Source: an uncultured Clostridia bacterium
GTDB lineage: Bacteria > Bacillota > Clostridia > TANB77 > CAG-508
Reading direction: 5' to 3'
Assembly: GCA_947595555.1 (NCBI GenBank)
Contig: CANQES010000001.1
Coordinates: 208-64,207, forward strand
Length of the DNA: 64,000 nucleotides
Shown here: positions 54,510-64,000 of the stretch, piece by piece
How positions within the stretch are numbered: position 1 is the stretch's first letter
How the letters are laid out: every line of letters starts with the position of its first letter
Made by a program: the position numbers and the translations under genes
Notes under the pieces: generated by a model
What the model was told of the DNA's origin: nothing
The model's input: only the letters and a program-made list of their open reading frames with translations
Databases searched by the model: none

Positions 54510-55136
54510 CTAAATAAAATGACTTGTAAAACTTCTTCTATGAATTGGCGTTAATCCATATTCTTTTATGGCCGAAATATGCTTTGCAGTTCCATACCCT
54601 TTATGCTGCTTAAAACCATATTGCGGATAAATTTCATCCCATTGCCTCATGATTCTATCTCTAGTTACTTTTGCTAAAATCGATGCGGCAGCTATATTAT
54701 AGCATTTTGCATCTCCTTTTATAATAGATTCATACGGAATACCTTTTGTATCAATGTGTGTTAAGGCATCCACTATAATTAAATCTGGTTTTATATTAAA
54801 TCCTTCAACTACTTCTGTCACACCTTGTTTAGTTGCATTTAAAATATTTTTTTCATCAATAATATCCTGCCCTATAATTGCAATTGAATAACTAATTGCT
54901 TCTTGTATAATTAAGTCATACAGCTTTTCTCTCTTCATTTCTGAAACTTTTTTAGAATCATTAACTCCTTCAATCATTGAATCCATTGGCATTATAACTC
55001 CCGCTACCACTACTGGCCCAGCTAGAGGTCCTCTTCCCGCCTCATCAATACCACATATTTTTTGACATCCTTTTTCATATAAACTTTTCTCTATTTCTTT
55101 TAGCTTTGTTAATCTCTCTATCTCTTTTTCCTTCAT
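54510..55136 (-). CDS. rnhB: Ribonuclease HII
   Basis: CGIDEAGRGPLAGPVV motif. Confidence 0.9.
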   Translation of the reverse strand: MKEKEIERLTKLKEIEKSLYEKGCQKICGIDEAGRGPLAGPVVVAGVIMPMDSMIEGVNDSKKVSEMKREKLYDLIIQEAISYSIAIIGQDIIDEKNILNATKQGVTEVVEGFNIKPDLIIVDALTHIDTKGIPYESIIKGDAKCYNIAAASILAKVTRDRIMRQWDEIYPQYGFKQHKGYGTAKHISAIKEYGLTPIHRRSFTSHFI

Positions 55137-55148
55137 TTCTATATTCCT

Positions 55149-55652
55149 TTATATATCTAAATTTTTAATGTCTTCTAAAGAATGATATTCTTGATTGTCT
55201 TTTTTATATCCTTTAGAATTATATACTTCAATTGTAGCTTTATCTATATCATATTCTATAACATATTCTCCATCTTTTGAATTTGATTCTATTTTAGGCA
55301 TTCCCATTTCTTTCAAATGTTCTTCTCCCAATTTATAGTAAAATACAAATTCATTAGCATTTGTAGATATAATATAATTTGGTTTTGTATTTAATTCTTC
55401 TCCTTTTAATTCCGCTTTTGCAATATCTATTCTTTGCTTTTTTTCATCATCTGTTCCTATTCCTAATTTAAAATTTGCATTTTCAACATATTCCCTGGCT
55501 TTAGCTTCAATTAAAAGCATATTAGTTCTCATTTCCTCTAATTTCAATCTTGCTAAAGTTTTTCCTCCACTACCAATTCCTATTCCTGCCAAAATTAATA
55601 ATAAAATTACTGTTATAATCAAAGCAACTATTGTTATACCTTTATTATTCAT
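55149..55652 (-). CDS. Membrane-anchored hypothetical protein with a prepilin-like N-terminal segment
   Basis: NKGITIVALIITVILLLILA hydrophobic N-terminus; it lacks the canonical Glu5. Confidence 0.3.
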   Translation of the reverse strand: MNNKGITIVALIITVILLLILAGIGIGSGGKTLARLKLEEMRTNMLLIEAKAREYVENANFKLGIGTDDEKKQRIDIAKAELKGEELNTKPNYIISTNANEFVFYYKLGEEHLKEMGMPKIESNSKDGEYVIEYDIDKATIEVYNSKGYKKDNQEYHSLEDIKNLDI

Positions 55653-55806
55653 ATCTATTCACCTCATTTTTTATATTATATATTCTAATTATAACATTTT
55701 CAATACAAAGAACAATTTTTTTTCACACAAATTTCACAATTCTATTGTATTATATTAGCATAATAGGTTATTATATTAATAAATATTTTTAGGAGGTTTC
55801 ATTAAA

Positions 55807-57051
55807 ATGGACGAAAATAATAAAAATTTTAAAACAGTACAAAATCCAAATACATATAAAACAATTTATCAAAATGAATCAACTGATAAATTGAAAATTG
55901 GATTTGGAAAAGGAGTATTATTACCTTTTCTTAGTGGAGTTGTAGGATGTGCTGTAGTACTAGGTACTTGTTTTGGCATACCTTCCATCCGCTCTCAGAT
56001 ATTAACTAGCAATACAGTTAATAAGACAAATAGTAGCAATACTCAAAATTCAGGGTATATAAGTCAAACATCTCTTTCTAATTATTCTGATACTTCTATA
56101 TACGCTGCCAACAAAATTCTTCCATCTATTGTAGGTATAAAAGTAGAATATAATGTAAGCTCTTTATTCTCTATGTTTGGTAAAACTCAATCTTCTACTG
56201 CAACAGCTAGTGGCTCTGGTATTATTATTAGTGATGATGGATATATTTTAACCAATAACCATATTGTTTCTACTTCTTCTGAAGAATCTTATTATGAAGT
56301 TTCAGAAGCTACAAAAGTTACTGTTACATTATTTGGTGATGAAACAGAATATGAAGCAAAAATTATAGGAAAAGACGAACAAACAGATTTAGCAGTTATT
56401 AAAATTGAAAAAACAGGTCTTTCTAAAGCCGAATTTGCTGACTCTGATAATATAAAAGTAGGCGAATTTGCTATGGCTGTTGGTAATCCTTTAGGCTTAC
56501 AAAGTAGTATTACTTGTGGTGTTGTTAGCGCTGTTAACAGAGAAGTTACTGATTCAGACGGAAAGAAATTTACTTTAATTCAAACTGATGCAGCTATTAA
56601 TTCTGGTAATAGTGGTGGTGCCTTAGTTAATAGTGATGGTAAAGTTATTGGTATAAATACCTTAAAACTTTCTGGAACAGGTATTGAAGGTATGGGATTT
56701 GCTATTCCAATTAATTCTACTACTGACATCACTTCACAACTAATTCAATATAGCAAAGTAAAAAGACCTTATATAGGAATTTCAGGCATGGATTTAGATG
56801 AAAAAATGGCTAAAGCCAATAAATTAGTTGTTGGTGTTTATGTAAAAACTGTTGATGATTTCTCTGCTGGTGAAAAAGCTGGTATTAAAATTGGAGATGT
56901 TATTATCGAAGCAGATGGCAAAAAAATTACCAATATGGATGAACTAAACGAAGTTAAGAACTCTCATCAAATTGGAGATGAAATGAAAATTAAAGTAAAT
57001 CGAGATGGAAATGAAAAAGAATTAACAATTGTTTTAGGTGAACAGCCTTAG
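55807..57051 (+). CDS. htrA: HtrA/DegP-family serine protease (trypsin-like plus PDZ)
   Basis: GNSGGALVNSDGKVIGINT, the His/Asp/Ser catalytic triad context, a C-terminal PDZ domain and an N-terminal TM. Confidence 0.85.
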   Translation: MDENNKNFKTVQNPNTYKTIYQNESTDKLKIGFGKGVLLPFLSGVVGCAVVLGTCFGIPSIRSQILTSNTVNKTNSSNTQNSGYISQTSLSNYSDTSIYAANKILPSIVGIKVEYNVSSLFSMFGKTQSSTATASGSGIIISDDGYILTNNHIVSTSSEESYYEVSEATKVTVTLFGDETEYEAKIIGKDEQTDLAVIKIEKTGLSKAEFADSDNIKVGEFAMAVGNPLGLQSSITCGVVSAVNREVTDSDGKKFTLIQTDAAINSGNSGGALVNSDGKVIGINTLKLSGTGIEGMGFAIPINSTTDITSQLIQYSKVKRPYIGISGMDLDEKMAKANKLVVGVYVKTVDDFSAGEKAGIKIGDVIIEADGKKITNMDELNEVKNSHQIGDEMKIKVNRDGNEKELTIVLGEQP

Positions 57052-57114
57052 TTAATAAAAAATATATAAAGAACCTTCCATAATAATATAATGGAAGGTT
57101 TTATATATATATCT

Positions 57115-60100
57115 TTACTCAAACAGTTTTATTATGTCTTCTTTTGAAAGTTGATTTATAAACTTTTCTTCTGTTGAAAGTATCTGTTTAGAAAGCTCTG
57201 CCTTTTTTTCTTGTAATTTATTGATTTTCTCTTCAATCGTATTAGTAGTAATCAATTTATAAACCTGAACACTATTTTTTTGTCCTATTCTATAAGCTCT
57301 ATCAGTAGCTTGATTTTCACTAGACACATTCCACCAAGGGTCATAATGTATAACAACATCCGCACCAGTTAAATTTAAACCTGTTCCACCTGCTTTTAAA
57401 GAGATAAGAAATACCTTTATAGACTCATCTTTATTAAACTTTTCAACCATTTCTACTCTTTTACTAACTTGTGTACTTCCAGTTAATTTATAATATTTGA
57501 TGTCTTCTTTTTTTAATTTTTCTTCTATTATTGAAAACATTGAAGTATAAGTTGAAAACAATAAAATTCTATGTTCTGATTGTATTGCCTCTTTAACAAT
57601 ATCCATACATTGATTTAACTTTCCACTTTCTCCATTGTAATTATCAATAAATAAGCTTGGGTGACAACATATCTGTCTTAGCCTTGTGAGTAACATCAAT
57701 ATTTTAAATTTACTTTTTTCAAATCCATTTTCACTTAATTGTTCTGCTACTTCTTTTTTAGTTTGAGCAAAATAAGAAACATATAATTTTCGTTGTTCTT
57801 CAACCATTTCGCTATTCATAACTGTTATATTTTTTTCTGGTAACTCTGTTAAAACATCTGTCTTTACTCTCCTTAAAATAAATGGATTTATCATTAATTT
57901 TAATTTTTGCAAAGCTTGTTCATCATTATCTTTTAGAATTGGTATCTCAAACTTCTTTTTAAATTTATTATAATTATACAAATATCCCGGCATTATAAAG
58001 TCAAATATTGACCATAGTTCTGATATTGAGTTTTCTATTGGAGTTCCTGTCAAAGCAAATTTTGTCTCTCCTATTAAGTTCTTCAATGCTGTAGCATTTT
58101 GCGTTGTAAAATTTTTAATGTATTGTGCCTCATCTGCTATGATATATTTAAATTCTTTATCTTCATATTCCAAAACATCTCTTTTCAATGAATCATAAGA
58201 AGTTATAATTAAGTCATAATTTTTATAAGATTCTATTAAATTTTTTCTAGTAGCTAAGTCTCCTTTGATTGCTAGAACTTTCATATCTTTTGCCCATTTT
58301 TCTGCTTCCGCTTTCCAGTTTAACACTAGAGAACTTGGACAAACTACAATTGATGGTTTTATATTTTTAGTTTTTAATTCAGAAGATATTAACGCTATTA
58401 CTTGAAGAGTTTTCCCTAATCCCATATCATCTGCAAGAATTCCACCCAATTTGTAATTTTCCAATACTTTTAGCCATTTATATCCTGTTTTTTGATAATC
58501 TCTTAATATCCCTTCAAATTTTTTACTTATTTTTATATTTTCAGAAAAATTTTTATTTTCTATATTGTTAATCAATCTTGTAAAATCATCATTTCTTGTT
58601 GTATTTATTGTTCTATTTTGATGTAACATTTTTTCTAAATACATACTTCTATTTGCTGGAATTTTTATAATTCCATTTTCTAATTTATCATAATTCACAT
58701 CCAAAATATTTTGCACATCATTTAAAAATTCAATATCTTCATTTTTTTCTAAATTTAGATAATCCCCATTTTTTAATTTATAATATTTTTTCTTGATATT
58801 ATAACTCTTCAAGATATCTTTTACTTCATCTATGTCAACATTAATTTTAGACATATCTAATTCCAATAGTCCATTATCTAACTTAACAGATACATTGGAG
58901 ATTTTCGGATTTTTTATTTTTTTATTTTTAAATTTATCTGTTACTAGAACTTCAAAATCATTCATATATTTTAAAACTTTTTCAGATAAAAATTCATATA
59001 TGTCATCTTGATTTTTTAAAACAAAATATGTCTTATCTCCTACTAGCTCAAAACCATCCAGACATATTCTCTTTAAAACATTCCTCTCTTCTATCATATT
59101 CCTTACTATATTATTTTCTAAAACATATTGTTTATAATTATTATCTAATATGTTAAATTCATAATCTGCATAGCAAAACTTCAATTCCATTGTTATATTG
59201 TCTTTTTCATCCAAATCCAAATAAATTTTTGATGCTAATTTATTGACTAAAATTGCCTCTTTAGCTACTTCTGCTGGAAGACTCTCTGTTTCAACAAAAT
59301 CCATGATGTCAGACATAACATACTTCTTAAATTCTTCTATTTTGTCTTCTGGTACTAGTATGTGTTTATTAAATCTAAACATTTCTAATATCATTTCTAA
59401 ATGTCTATCTCTATCAAATTTATATATGCCATTTCTATAGAAAATATAAATATTTTTAGGTGATTCTACATAATTATAATTTTCTAAGTTAATATTTATT
59501 ACATATTCATTTTCTTTTTTAGTCAAGTTTAATCGAATCTTGAGTTCTTTGTCTGTACATTTGTATTCTTCTGAACTTAATCCATAACCCGAAGCTGATA
59601 TTGGAATTTTTTTGACGATATCAAAAAATGTATCAATCTTATCATCCATGACATATAAATTTTTACCTGATATATGCATTGAAGCATAGTAATAATAATG
59701 GGTTGTACGGATTTTCTCATTATATTTTAATATTTGACCATAATCTAAAATAAATTTTAGTAATTCTTGTGATTCTTCGGTAAAACTTTCTTTCTTTGCT
59801 ATAAACCTTAGGTTTCTTCCATATTGTATTGTTTCTTCTTTTAAAAATGATTCATAAAATTCTTTAACATCTTTTAGTACATACATTTTTGTTTGTCCAA
59901 TTTTAAAGCTTACATTTAAGTCTTGCTCTCGCCCTATGTCTATCTTAGGTTCCAATTTTAATTGTGTTACAAGTTCTGGCAAATACTCTTTTTGCATTTT
60001 ACTTTCGAGCTTTACTTGCTCATATAAACTTTTTATACTTATATTTTGATTTGTCTCTACATTATCAAAATTTAATTCTTTTTCTTGCTTAAATCTTGAT

Positions 60101-60498
60101 ATTGTTGATAATGCATTCGAATATTTAATCTGATATTCACGCTTTTTACGTTCTGCCTCGATTTTCAAAGCTTCAGTATTTGGACTATGCGGATCTAGAG
60201 TTTCCATACTAGTTGCTATAATGTGCTTACAAATAAAACCATTTCTATAATCTTCGCAGGTACACTTACAGTGTGTTATTGTTTCATTTTCTATATCTAA
60301 TTCTACATGGTATTTTTCCCAACTACTTCCCTTTACTTTTGCATAAATTTTTATATATTTTTCACTTATTTTTTCAACTTTTGTTATGTCTACACCGTCT
60401 TCACAGTAAATTGATTTAGCACGTTTCATTCTCATTATGTCATATTCTTTTGTAAAATTTAATTCTCCTAAATTCAATTCTGTTACATCTATTATCAT
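57115..60498 (-). CDS. SNF2-family helicase with an N-terminal SWIM zinc finger
   Basis: CKCTCEDYRNGFICKHIIA (SWIM); LADDMGLGKT (motif I); DEAQYIKN (motif II); helicase C-terminal motifs. Confidence 0.85.
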   Translation of the reverse strand: MIIDVTELNLGELNFTKEYDIMRMKRAKSIYCEDGVDITKVEKISEKYIKIYAKVKGSSWEKYHVELDIENETITHCKCTCEDYRNGFICKHIIATSMETLDPHSPNTEALKIEAERKKREYQIKYSNALSTISRFKQEKELNFDNVETNQNISIKSLYEQVKLESKMQKEYLPELVTQLKLEPKIDIGREQDLNVSFKIGQTKMYVLKDVKEFYESFLKEETIQYGRNLRFIAKKESFTEESQELLKFILDYGQILKYNEKIRTTHYYYYASMHISGKNLYVMDDKIDTFFDIVKKIPISASGYGLSSEEYKCTDKELKIRLNLTKKENEYVININLENYNYVESPKNIYIFYRNGIYKFDRDRHLEMILEMFRFNKHILVPEDKIEEFKKYVMSDIMDFVETESLPAEVAKEAILVNKLASKIYLDLDEKDNITMELKFCYADYEFNILDNNYKQYVLENNIVRNMIEERNVLKRICLDGFELVGDKTYFVLKNQDDIYEFLSEKVLKYMNDFEVLVTDKFKNKKIKNPKISNVSVKLDNGLLELDMSKINVDIDEVKDILKSYNIKKKYYKLKNGDYLNLEKNEDIEFLNDVQNILDVNYDKLENGIIKIPANRSMYLEKMLHQNRTINTTRNDDFTRLINNIENKNFSENIKISKKFEGILRDYQKTGYKWLKVLENYKLGGILADDMGLGKTLQVIALISSELKTKNIKPSIVVCPSSLVLNWKAEAEKWAKDMKVLAIKGDLATRKNLIESYKNYDLIITSYDSLKRDVLEYEDKEFKYIIADEAQYIKNFTTQNATALKNLIGETKFALTGTPIENSISELWSIFDFIMPGYLYNYNKFKKKFEIPILKDNDEQALQKLKLMINPFILRRVKTDVLTELPEKNITVMNSEMVEEQRKLYVSYFAQTKKEVAEQLSENGFEKSKFKILMLLTRLRQICCHPSLFIDNYNGESGKLNQCMDIVKEAIQSEHRILLFSTYTSMFSIIEEKLKKEDIKYYKLTGSTQVSKRVEMVEKFNKDESIKVFLISLKAGGTGLNLTGADVVIHYDPWWNVSSENQATDRAYRIGQKNSVQVYKLITTNTIEEKINKLQEKKAELSKQILSTEEKFINQLSKEDIIKLFE

Positions 60499-60566
60499 AT
60501 TTTTTGCTCCTCTTTTTATTATTTATATTATTATAACACCTTTTATCTTTTTTACAAGTTTTTGTG

Positions 60567-61315
60567 CACCTTTATTCTATCCTATTTTACTCGAAATTTC
60601 TTTTTTCATTTTTCCAATAATTTTCTTTTCTAACCTAGATATGTAGCTTTGCGAAATACCGCAATTCATCTGCGACTTCTTTTTGCGTTTTTTCTTTCCC
60701 TGTTTGAAATCCAAAACGCATCTCCATTATGTTCTTCTCTCTAGCATTCAATTTACTAATAGAGGCTCTTAAAAGCGATTTATCCACTTCATCCTCTAGA
60801 TTTCTTGAAGTTATATCTGCTTCTGTTCCTAAAATATCAGAAAGTAACAATTCATTGCCATCTCCATCTTTATTTAATGGCTCATCAATTGAAACTTCTC
60901 CTTTTGTCTTATTATTTTTTCGTAAATACATCAATATTTCATTTTCAATACAACGAGAAGCATATGTTGCTAATTTAATCTTTTTGTCTGAATTAAATGT
61001 ATTTACACCTTTCATCAATCCAATTGTCCCAATTGAAATTAAATCTTCAATTCCAATACCTGTATTTTCAAATTTTTTAGCAATATAAACAACTAGCCTT
61101 AAATTTCTCTCTACTAATTTTTGTCTTACTTCCAAATTGTCTTCCTGACATAACTTTTCAATCAACTCCGCCTCTTCTTCTGGCGACAATGGTGGCGGAA
61201 GAGTTTGACTTCCCGCAATATAAAAAATTGGCAAAAATTCTATATCTTCCTTATCACCTATATATTTTGCATAAATTGTATTGATTCCATTCTTTACGAA
61301 CTCTAAAATATTCAT
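60567..61315 (-). CDS. sigE: Sporulation sigma factor sigma-E (pro-sigma-E), with an apparent 1-nt frameshift near 60656-60666 that truncates region 4
   Basis: Pro-sequence ...[17 protein letters not shown]; core [33 protein letters not shown]. After VADEL the next frame encodes [21 protein letters not shown]. Confidence 0.75.
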
Positions 61316-61336
61316 ATCAATTCTCCCCCCAATTCA

Positions 61337-62218
61337 TCATTCTATTCCTATTAAAGCCCTATATTCTCCCCTTTTGGTCAATGATTTATTATATATTCCT
61401 AAAATTATATTTTCTCTTTTTTCTTCCTTTTCCTTATCTTTTATGATAACAAAATCTGCCTTAATGCCAATTAGCATTCCGTTTTGCTTTCCTAAAGAAG
61501 AAAAAGGTATTAACTTTAATTTCGAACTATATTCTTCTCTTATTTTTTCTGGTATGTGACTAAATTCACCTCCTAACAACTCTTCCAAATTATTTAAAAT
61601 GTCTTTTGGCATGCAATCATACAAAAGTGTATGTTCTACTACAATTACAGGTGTATTGCTAATTGGTTCTTTTAATAGATTTCCTGTGTCTATCATTGCT
61701 GATGTTTGTATTTTCTTTCCATTTAACTGTATTTCAACATCACAAAGCATATCTTTTTTTGTAATTCTAGATTTTACCACTTTAAATGCTAAAATAAGAA
61801 CAACAAAAGCCAAAATACTACCTAATATAATTGTTTTTAAGGGATATGTTCCTAAGAAAAGACCATTTTTCATTAATATGTCTTGTGGCTTCACTATATA
61901 GATTAACGCAAATGCCGCTCCTCCAAATACAAAAGATGTTAGATAAAATATTAAAATGTCTTTCCACATTTTTTTCATGGTTTGTGGATTAAATGCTATG
62001 TATATAATTAAAACTGATAATATTATTTTTAATATCATACTAGAATAAATTTCTAAAATTGACATATATGATACAATTGAATAAACTGCTCCTAATAAGC
62101 TAGCAATTATAATTCTTATGACTTTTATTTTTTCTTTCAATATAATTCCTGTTGCTAGTAAAATGATAAAATTCATGATTAGGTTTTCGATTAATACTAC
62201 ATCAATATAAATAGTCAT
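61337..62218 (-). CDS. spoIIGA: Sigma-E processing peptidase SpoIIGA
   Basis: Polytopic N-terminus plus the MIDTGNLLKEP aspartic protease motif; upstream of sigE. Confidence 0.85.
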   Translation of the reverse strand: MTIYIDVVLIENLIMNFIILLATGIILKEKIKVIRIIIASLLGAVYSIVSYMSILEIYSSMILKIILSVLIIYIAFNPQTMKKMWKDILIFYLTSFVFGGAAFALIYIVKPQDILMKNGLFLGTYPLKTIILGSILAFVVLILAFKVVKSRITKKDMLCDVEIQLNGKKIQTSAMIDTGNLLKEPISNTPVIVVEHTLLYDCMPKDILNNLEELLGGEFSHIPEKIREEYSSKLKLIPFSSLGKQNGMLIGIKADFVIIKDKEKEEKRENIILGIYNKSLTKRGEYRALIGIE

Positions 62219-62336
62219 GCTATCACCTGCATAACTATTATAATATCTTTATTTTGAAAAGGCTGTCTTTTCTTATTGTTGAAAAAAAGAAATAATCGAG
62301 CAATTTCGATTATTTCTTATATGTTAATACATATTC

Positions 62337-63458
62337 TTACATACCTTTATTTTTATTTTTTCTTAGAAATGATGGTATATCTAAATCATTTTGTGAACCA
62401 CTTGATTCTGAACTTGCTGGAATAGAATTAATTTTCTTTTCCCATGTTTTTGATACTATGTTATCTACTCCAATACTAGTAATTGGTTCATTTTTTTCAA
62501 AACCCGTTGCTATTACTGTTATTTTAATGTCATCAGTCATATTTGGATCAGTTACTGTACCAAATATAATGTTTGCTTCTGGGTCTACACTTCTTTGAAC
62601 TAATTCTGCTGCTGTATTTACTTCATGTAATCCTAAATCTTCTCCACCAGTAATGTTGATTATAACACCCTTGGCTCCTTCTATTGAGGTTTCCAATAAT
62701 GGACTTTGAATTGCTTCTTTTGCTGCATCTTCTGCTCTATTTTCTCCAGATGCACTTCCTACTCCCATGTGAGCCATACCTTGGTTTAACATGATAGTTT
62801 TTACATCGGCAAAGTCTAAGTTAACAAGTCCAGGAATAGCAATTAAGTCTGAAATTCCTTGTACACCTTGTCTTAATATATCATCTGCCATTTTAAATGC
62901 TTCTATAATTGATGTTTTTCTATCAATTATTTGTAATAATTTATCGTTTGGAATTACAACTAAAGTATCTACTTTTCCCTTTAATCCTTCAATTCCTCTT
63001 TCTGCTTGAGAAAGTCTCTTTTTTCCTTCAAAAGTAAATGGTTTTGTAACAACTCCTATTGTTAAAATTCCCATTTCTTTTGCTGTAGATGCAACTACTG
63101 GTGCAGCTCCTGTACCTGTTCCACCACCCATTCCGGCAGTTACAAATACCATATCTGCTCCTCTTAGTACTTCTGCTATTTCAGATTTACTTTCTTCAGC
63201 TGATTGAGCACCAATGTCAGGATTTGCTCCTGCTCCTAATCCTCTTGTAATCTTTTCTCCTATTTGTATTTTAGTATTTGCTTTTGATTTTTGTAGTGCT
63301 TGTCTATCTGTATTAACAGCAATGAAATCAACACCTTTTATTCCAGCGTCAATCATTCTATCAACTGCATTATTTCCAGCACCTCCTACACCAATGACTT
63401 TAATAGTTGCAGTTCCATCCATCATTGTAATATTGCTATCATCATTGTAATCCATCAT
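62337..63458 (-). CDS. ftsZ: Cell division GTPase FtsZ
   Basis: [10 protein letters not shown] and [13 protein letters not shown] tubulin signature. Confidence 0.95.
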   Translation of the reverse strand: MMDYNDDSNITMMDGTATIKVIGVGGAGNNAVDRMIDAGIKGVDFIAVNTDRQALQKSKANTKIQIGEKITRGLGAGANPDIGAQSAEESKSEIAEVLRGADMVFVTAGMGGGTGTGAAPVVASTAKEMGILTIGVVTKPFTFEGKKRLSQAERGIEGLKGKVDTLVVIPNDKLLQIIDRKTSIIEAFKMADDILRQGVQGISDLIAIPGLVNLDFADVKTIMLNQGMAHMGVGSASGENRAEDAAKEAIQSPLLETSIEGAKGVIINITGGEDLGLHEVNTAAELVQRSVDPEANIIFGTVTDPNMTDDIKITVIATGFEKNEPITSIGVDNIVSKTWEKKINSIPASSESSGSQNDLDIPSFLRKNKNKGM

Positions 63459-63541
63459 TTAGTTTTCCTCCTCTATTTTTTATATAATGTATATGTATAT
63501 ATAAGTCGCCTTTTGTAGCTAACTTAAAATTAATAACTTTT

Positions 63542-64000
63542 TCATGAATAAAAGAATTCCTTTATTCTTTCTATTAATGTTTTGAAAAATTTTTCGTCTT
63601 TTTGTGTATCAATACTACTTGATACTGTTTTAGCAAAAGGTCTAGCAGCAATGTATCTTACTAGGGCATAACTTGTTCTATAAGATGGTTTTACTGTACT
63701 TATAGCTCTACCAGTTGATATTTTAACAGGAATATTTAAATTTATTTTTCCTGCTACATCACTTTTATTTATATTGACAATTCCTTGCCCTGTCAAAATT
63801 ACATTATTTATTTTTGATTTTATTCCTTGATTTGTAATATCCTTATTGATAATTGAAAAAATCTCTTCAATTCTAGCTTCTATGATTTCAATTAATTCTG
63901 AACTTTTTATAATTCTGTTTTTATTATCGTCTTTAGATGTGTTTAAAATGATGTCATTATCATTATCAATAAATGATTTTAGAGCTAGTCCATATTGCCT
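63542..64000 (-). CDS. ftsA: FtsA-like cell division protein, C-terminal part (the gene continues beyond the window end)
   Basis: The frame is open to the window end: ...VILTGQGIVNINKSDVAGKINLNIPVKISTG... Sits upstream of ftsZ. Confidence 0.5.
   Translation of the reverse strand, partial: RQYGLALKSFIDNDNDIILNTSKDDNKNRIIKSSELIEIIEARIEEIFSIINKDITNQGIKSKINNVILTGQGIVNINKSDVAGKINLNIPVKISTGRAISTVKPSYRTSYALVRYIAARPFAKTVSSSIDTQKDEKFFKTLIERIKEFFYS

Noticed and set aside
57115-60498. SNF2/SWIM helicase considered as a stand-alone defence system
   Set aside because: Single-gene SNF2-SWIM proteins are common housekeeping or repair-associated genes in Firmicutes. No partner nuclease or methylase gene is adjacent, so there is no sequence-level reason to call a defence system.
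27505-63518. Similar antisense or overlapping ORFs in the remaining prophage and right host arm (for example 27505..27789, 29317..29523, 29718..30026, 30166..30393, 31140..31325, 32512..32762, 33657..33851, 34043..34282, 35471..35701, 35730..35975, 36313..36728, 37801..38070, 38238..38435, 38888..39070, 40063..40326, 40346..40558, 40803..41087, 41626..41844, 41948..42220, 42641..42871, 43354..43551, 43672..43863, 46531..46854, 47295..47564, 48232..48429, 50196..50444, 50556..50768, 53210..53475, 54121..54381, 59243..59440, 60437..60646, 60729..61088, 61281..61559, 61599..61901, 62791..63009, 63214..63518)
   Set aside because: Same reasoning. They are embedded in or antisense to stronger gene models. 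ORF 34043..34282 overlaps the tRNA-Pro.

Overview
This is AT-rich (about 28% GC) Firmicute, Clostridium-like chromosome carrying a roughly 39 kb siphovirus-type prophage at about 13.5-52.8 kb.

Left host arm: a SpoVB-like flippase, pflA-pflB (pyruvate formate-lyase activating enzyme and formate-lyase), divergent ppaC (Mn-dependent pyrophosphatase), a wHTH protein, an S1-domain protein, RluB- and RluD-family pseudouridine synthases, a large membrane glycosyltransferase-like protein, an SSB-like double-OB-fold protein and a NodB polysaccharide deacetylase.

Prophage, with structural genes on the minus strand: M23 endolysin, holin, a tail fibre with in-frame tandem repeats, distal tail protein, tape measure, major tail, head-tail connectors, HK97-like capsid, ClpP-like prohead protease, a portal split into two ORFs, large and small terminase, HNH endonuclease. 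Then a phage tRNA-Pro(UGG), an 830-bp ORF-poor island with a type I toxin-antitoxin-like small-peptide locus, an ArpU-like late regulator, early genes (RlaP-like nucleotidyltransferase plus calcineurin-like phosphoesterase, YopX, HNH homing endonucleases, a DnaD-like replication protein with iteron-like repeats, a PD-(D/E)XK exonuclease and a putative annealing protein), a Cro/CI-like switch with ImmA, two moron genes and a large serine integrase.

The integrase-side junction and the lysis-side junction share an 8-nt core, CGTTATTT. Joining the flanking host halves reconstitutes one in-frame small Cys-rich gene, so the phage sits inside a host protein-coding gene.

Right host arm: pdp, rnhB, a membrane-anchored protein, htrA, an SNF2/SWIM helicase, and sigE-spoIIGA-ftsZ-ftsA.

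A palindromic REP-like repeat (GGATTTGGGGACGGCCCCATAATCC) occurs four times.

Five or more conserved genes (spoVB-like, rluB-like, sigE, portal, immA) show single-base frameshifts. That fits indel-type sequence errors better than multiple independent pseudogenes, and every frameshift call should be read with that in mind.
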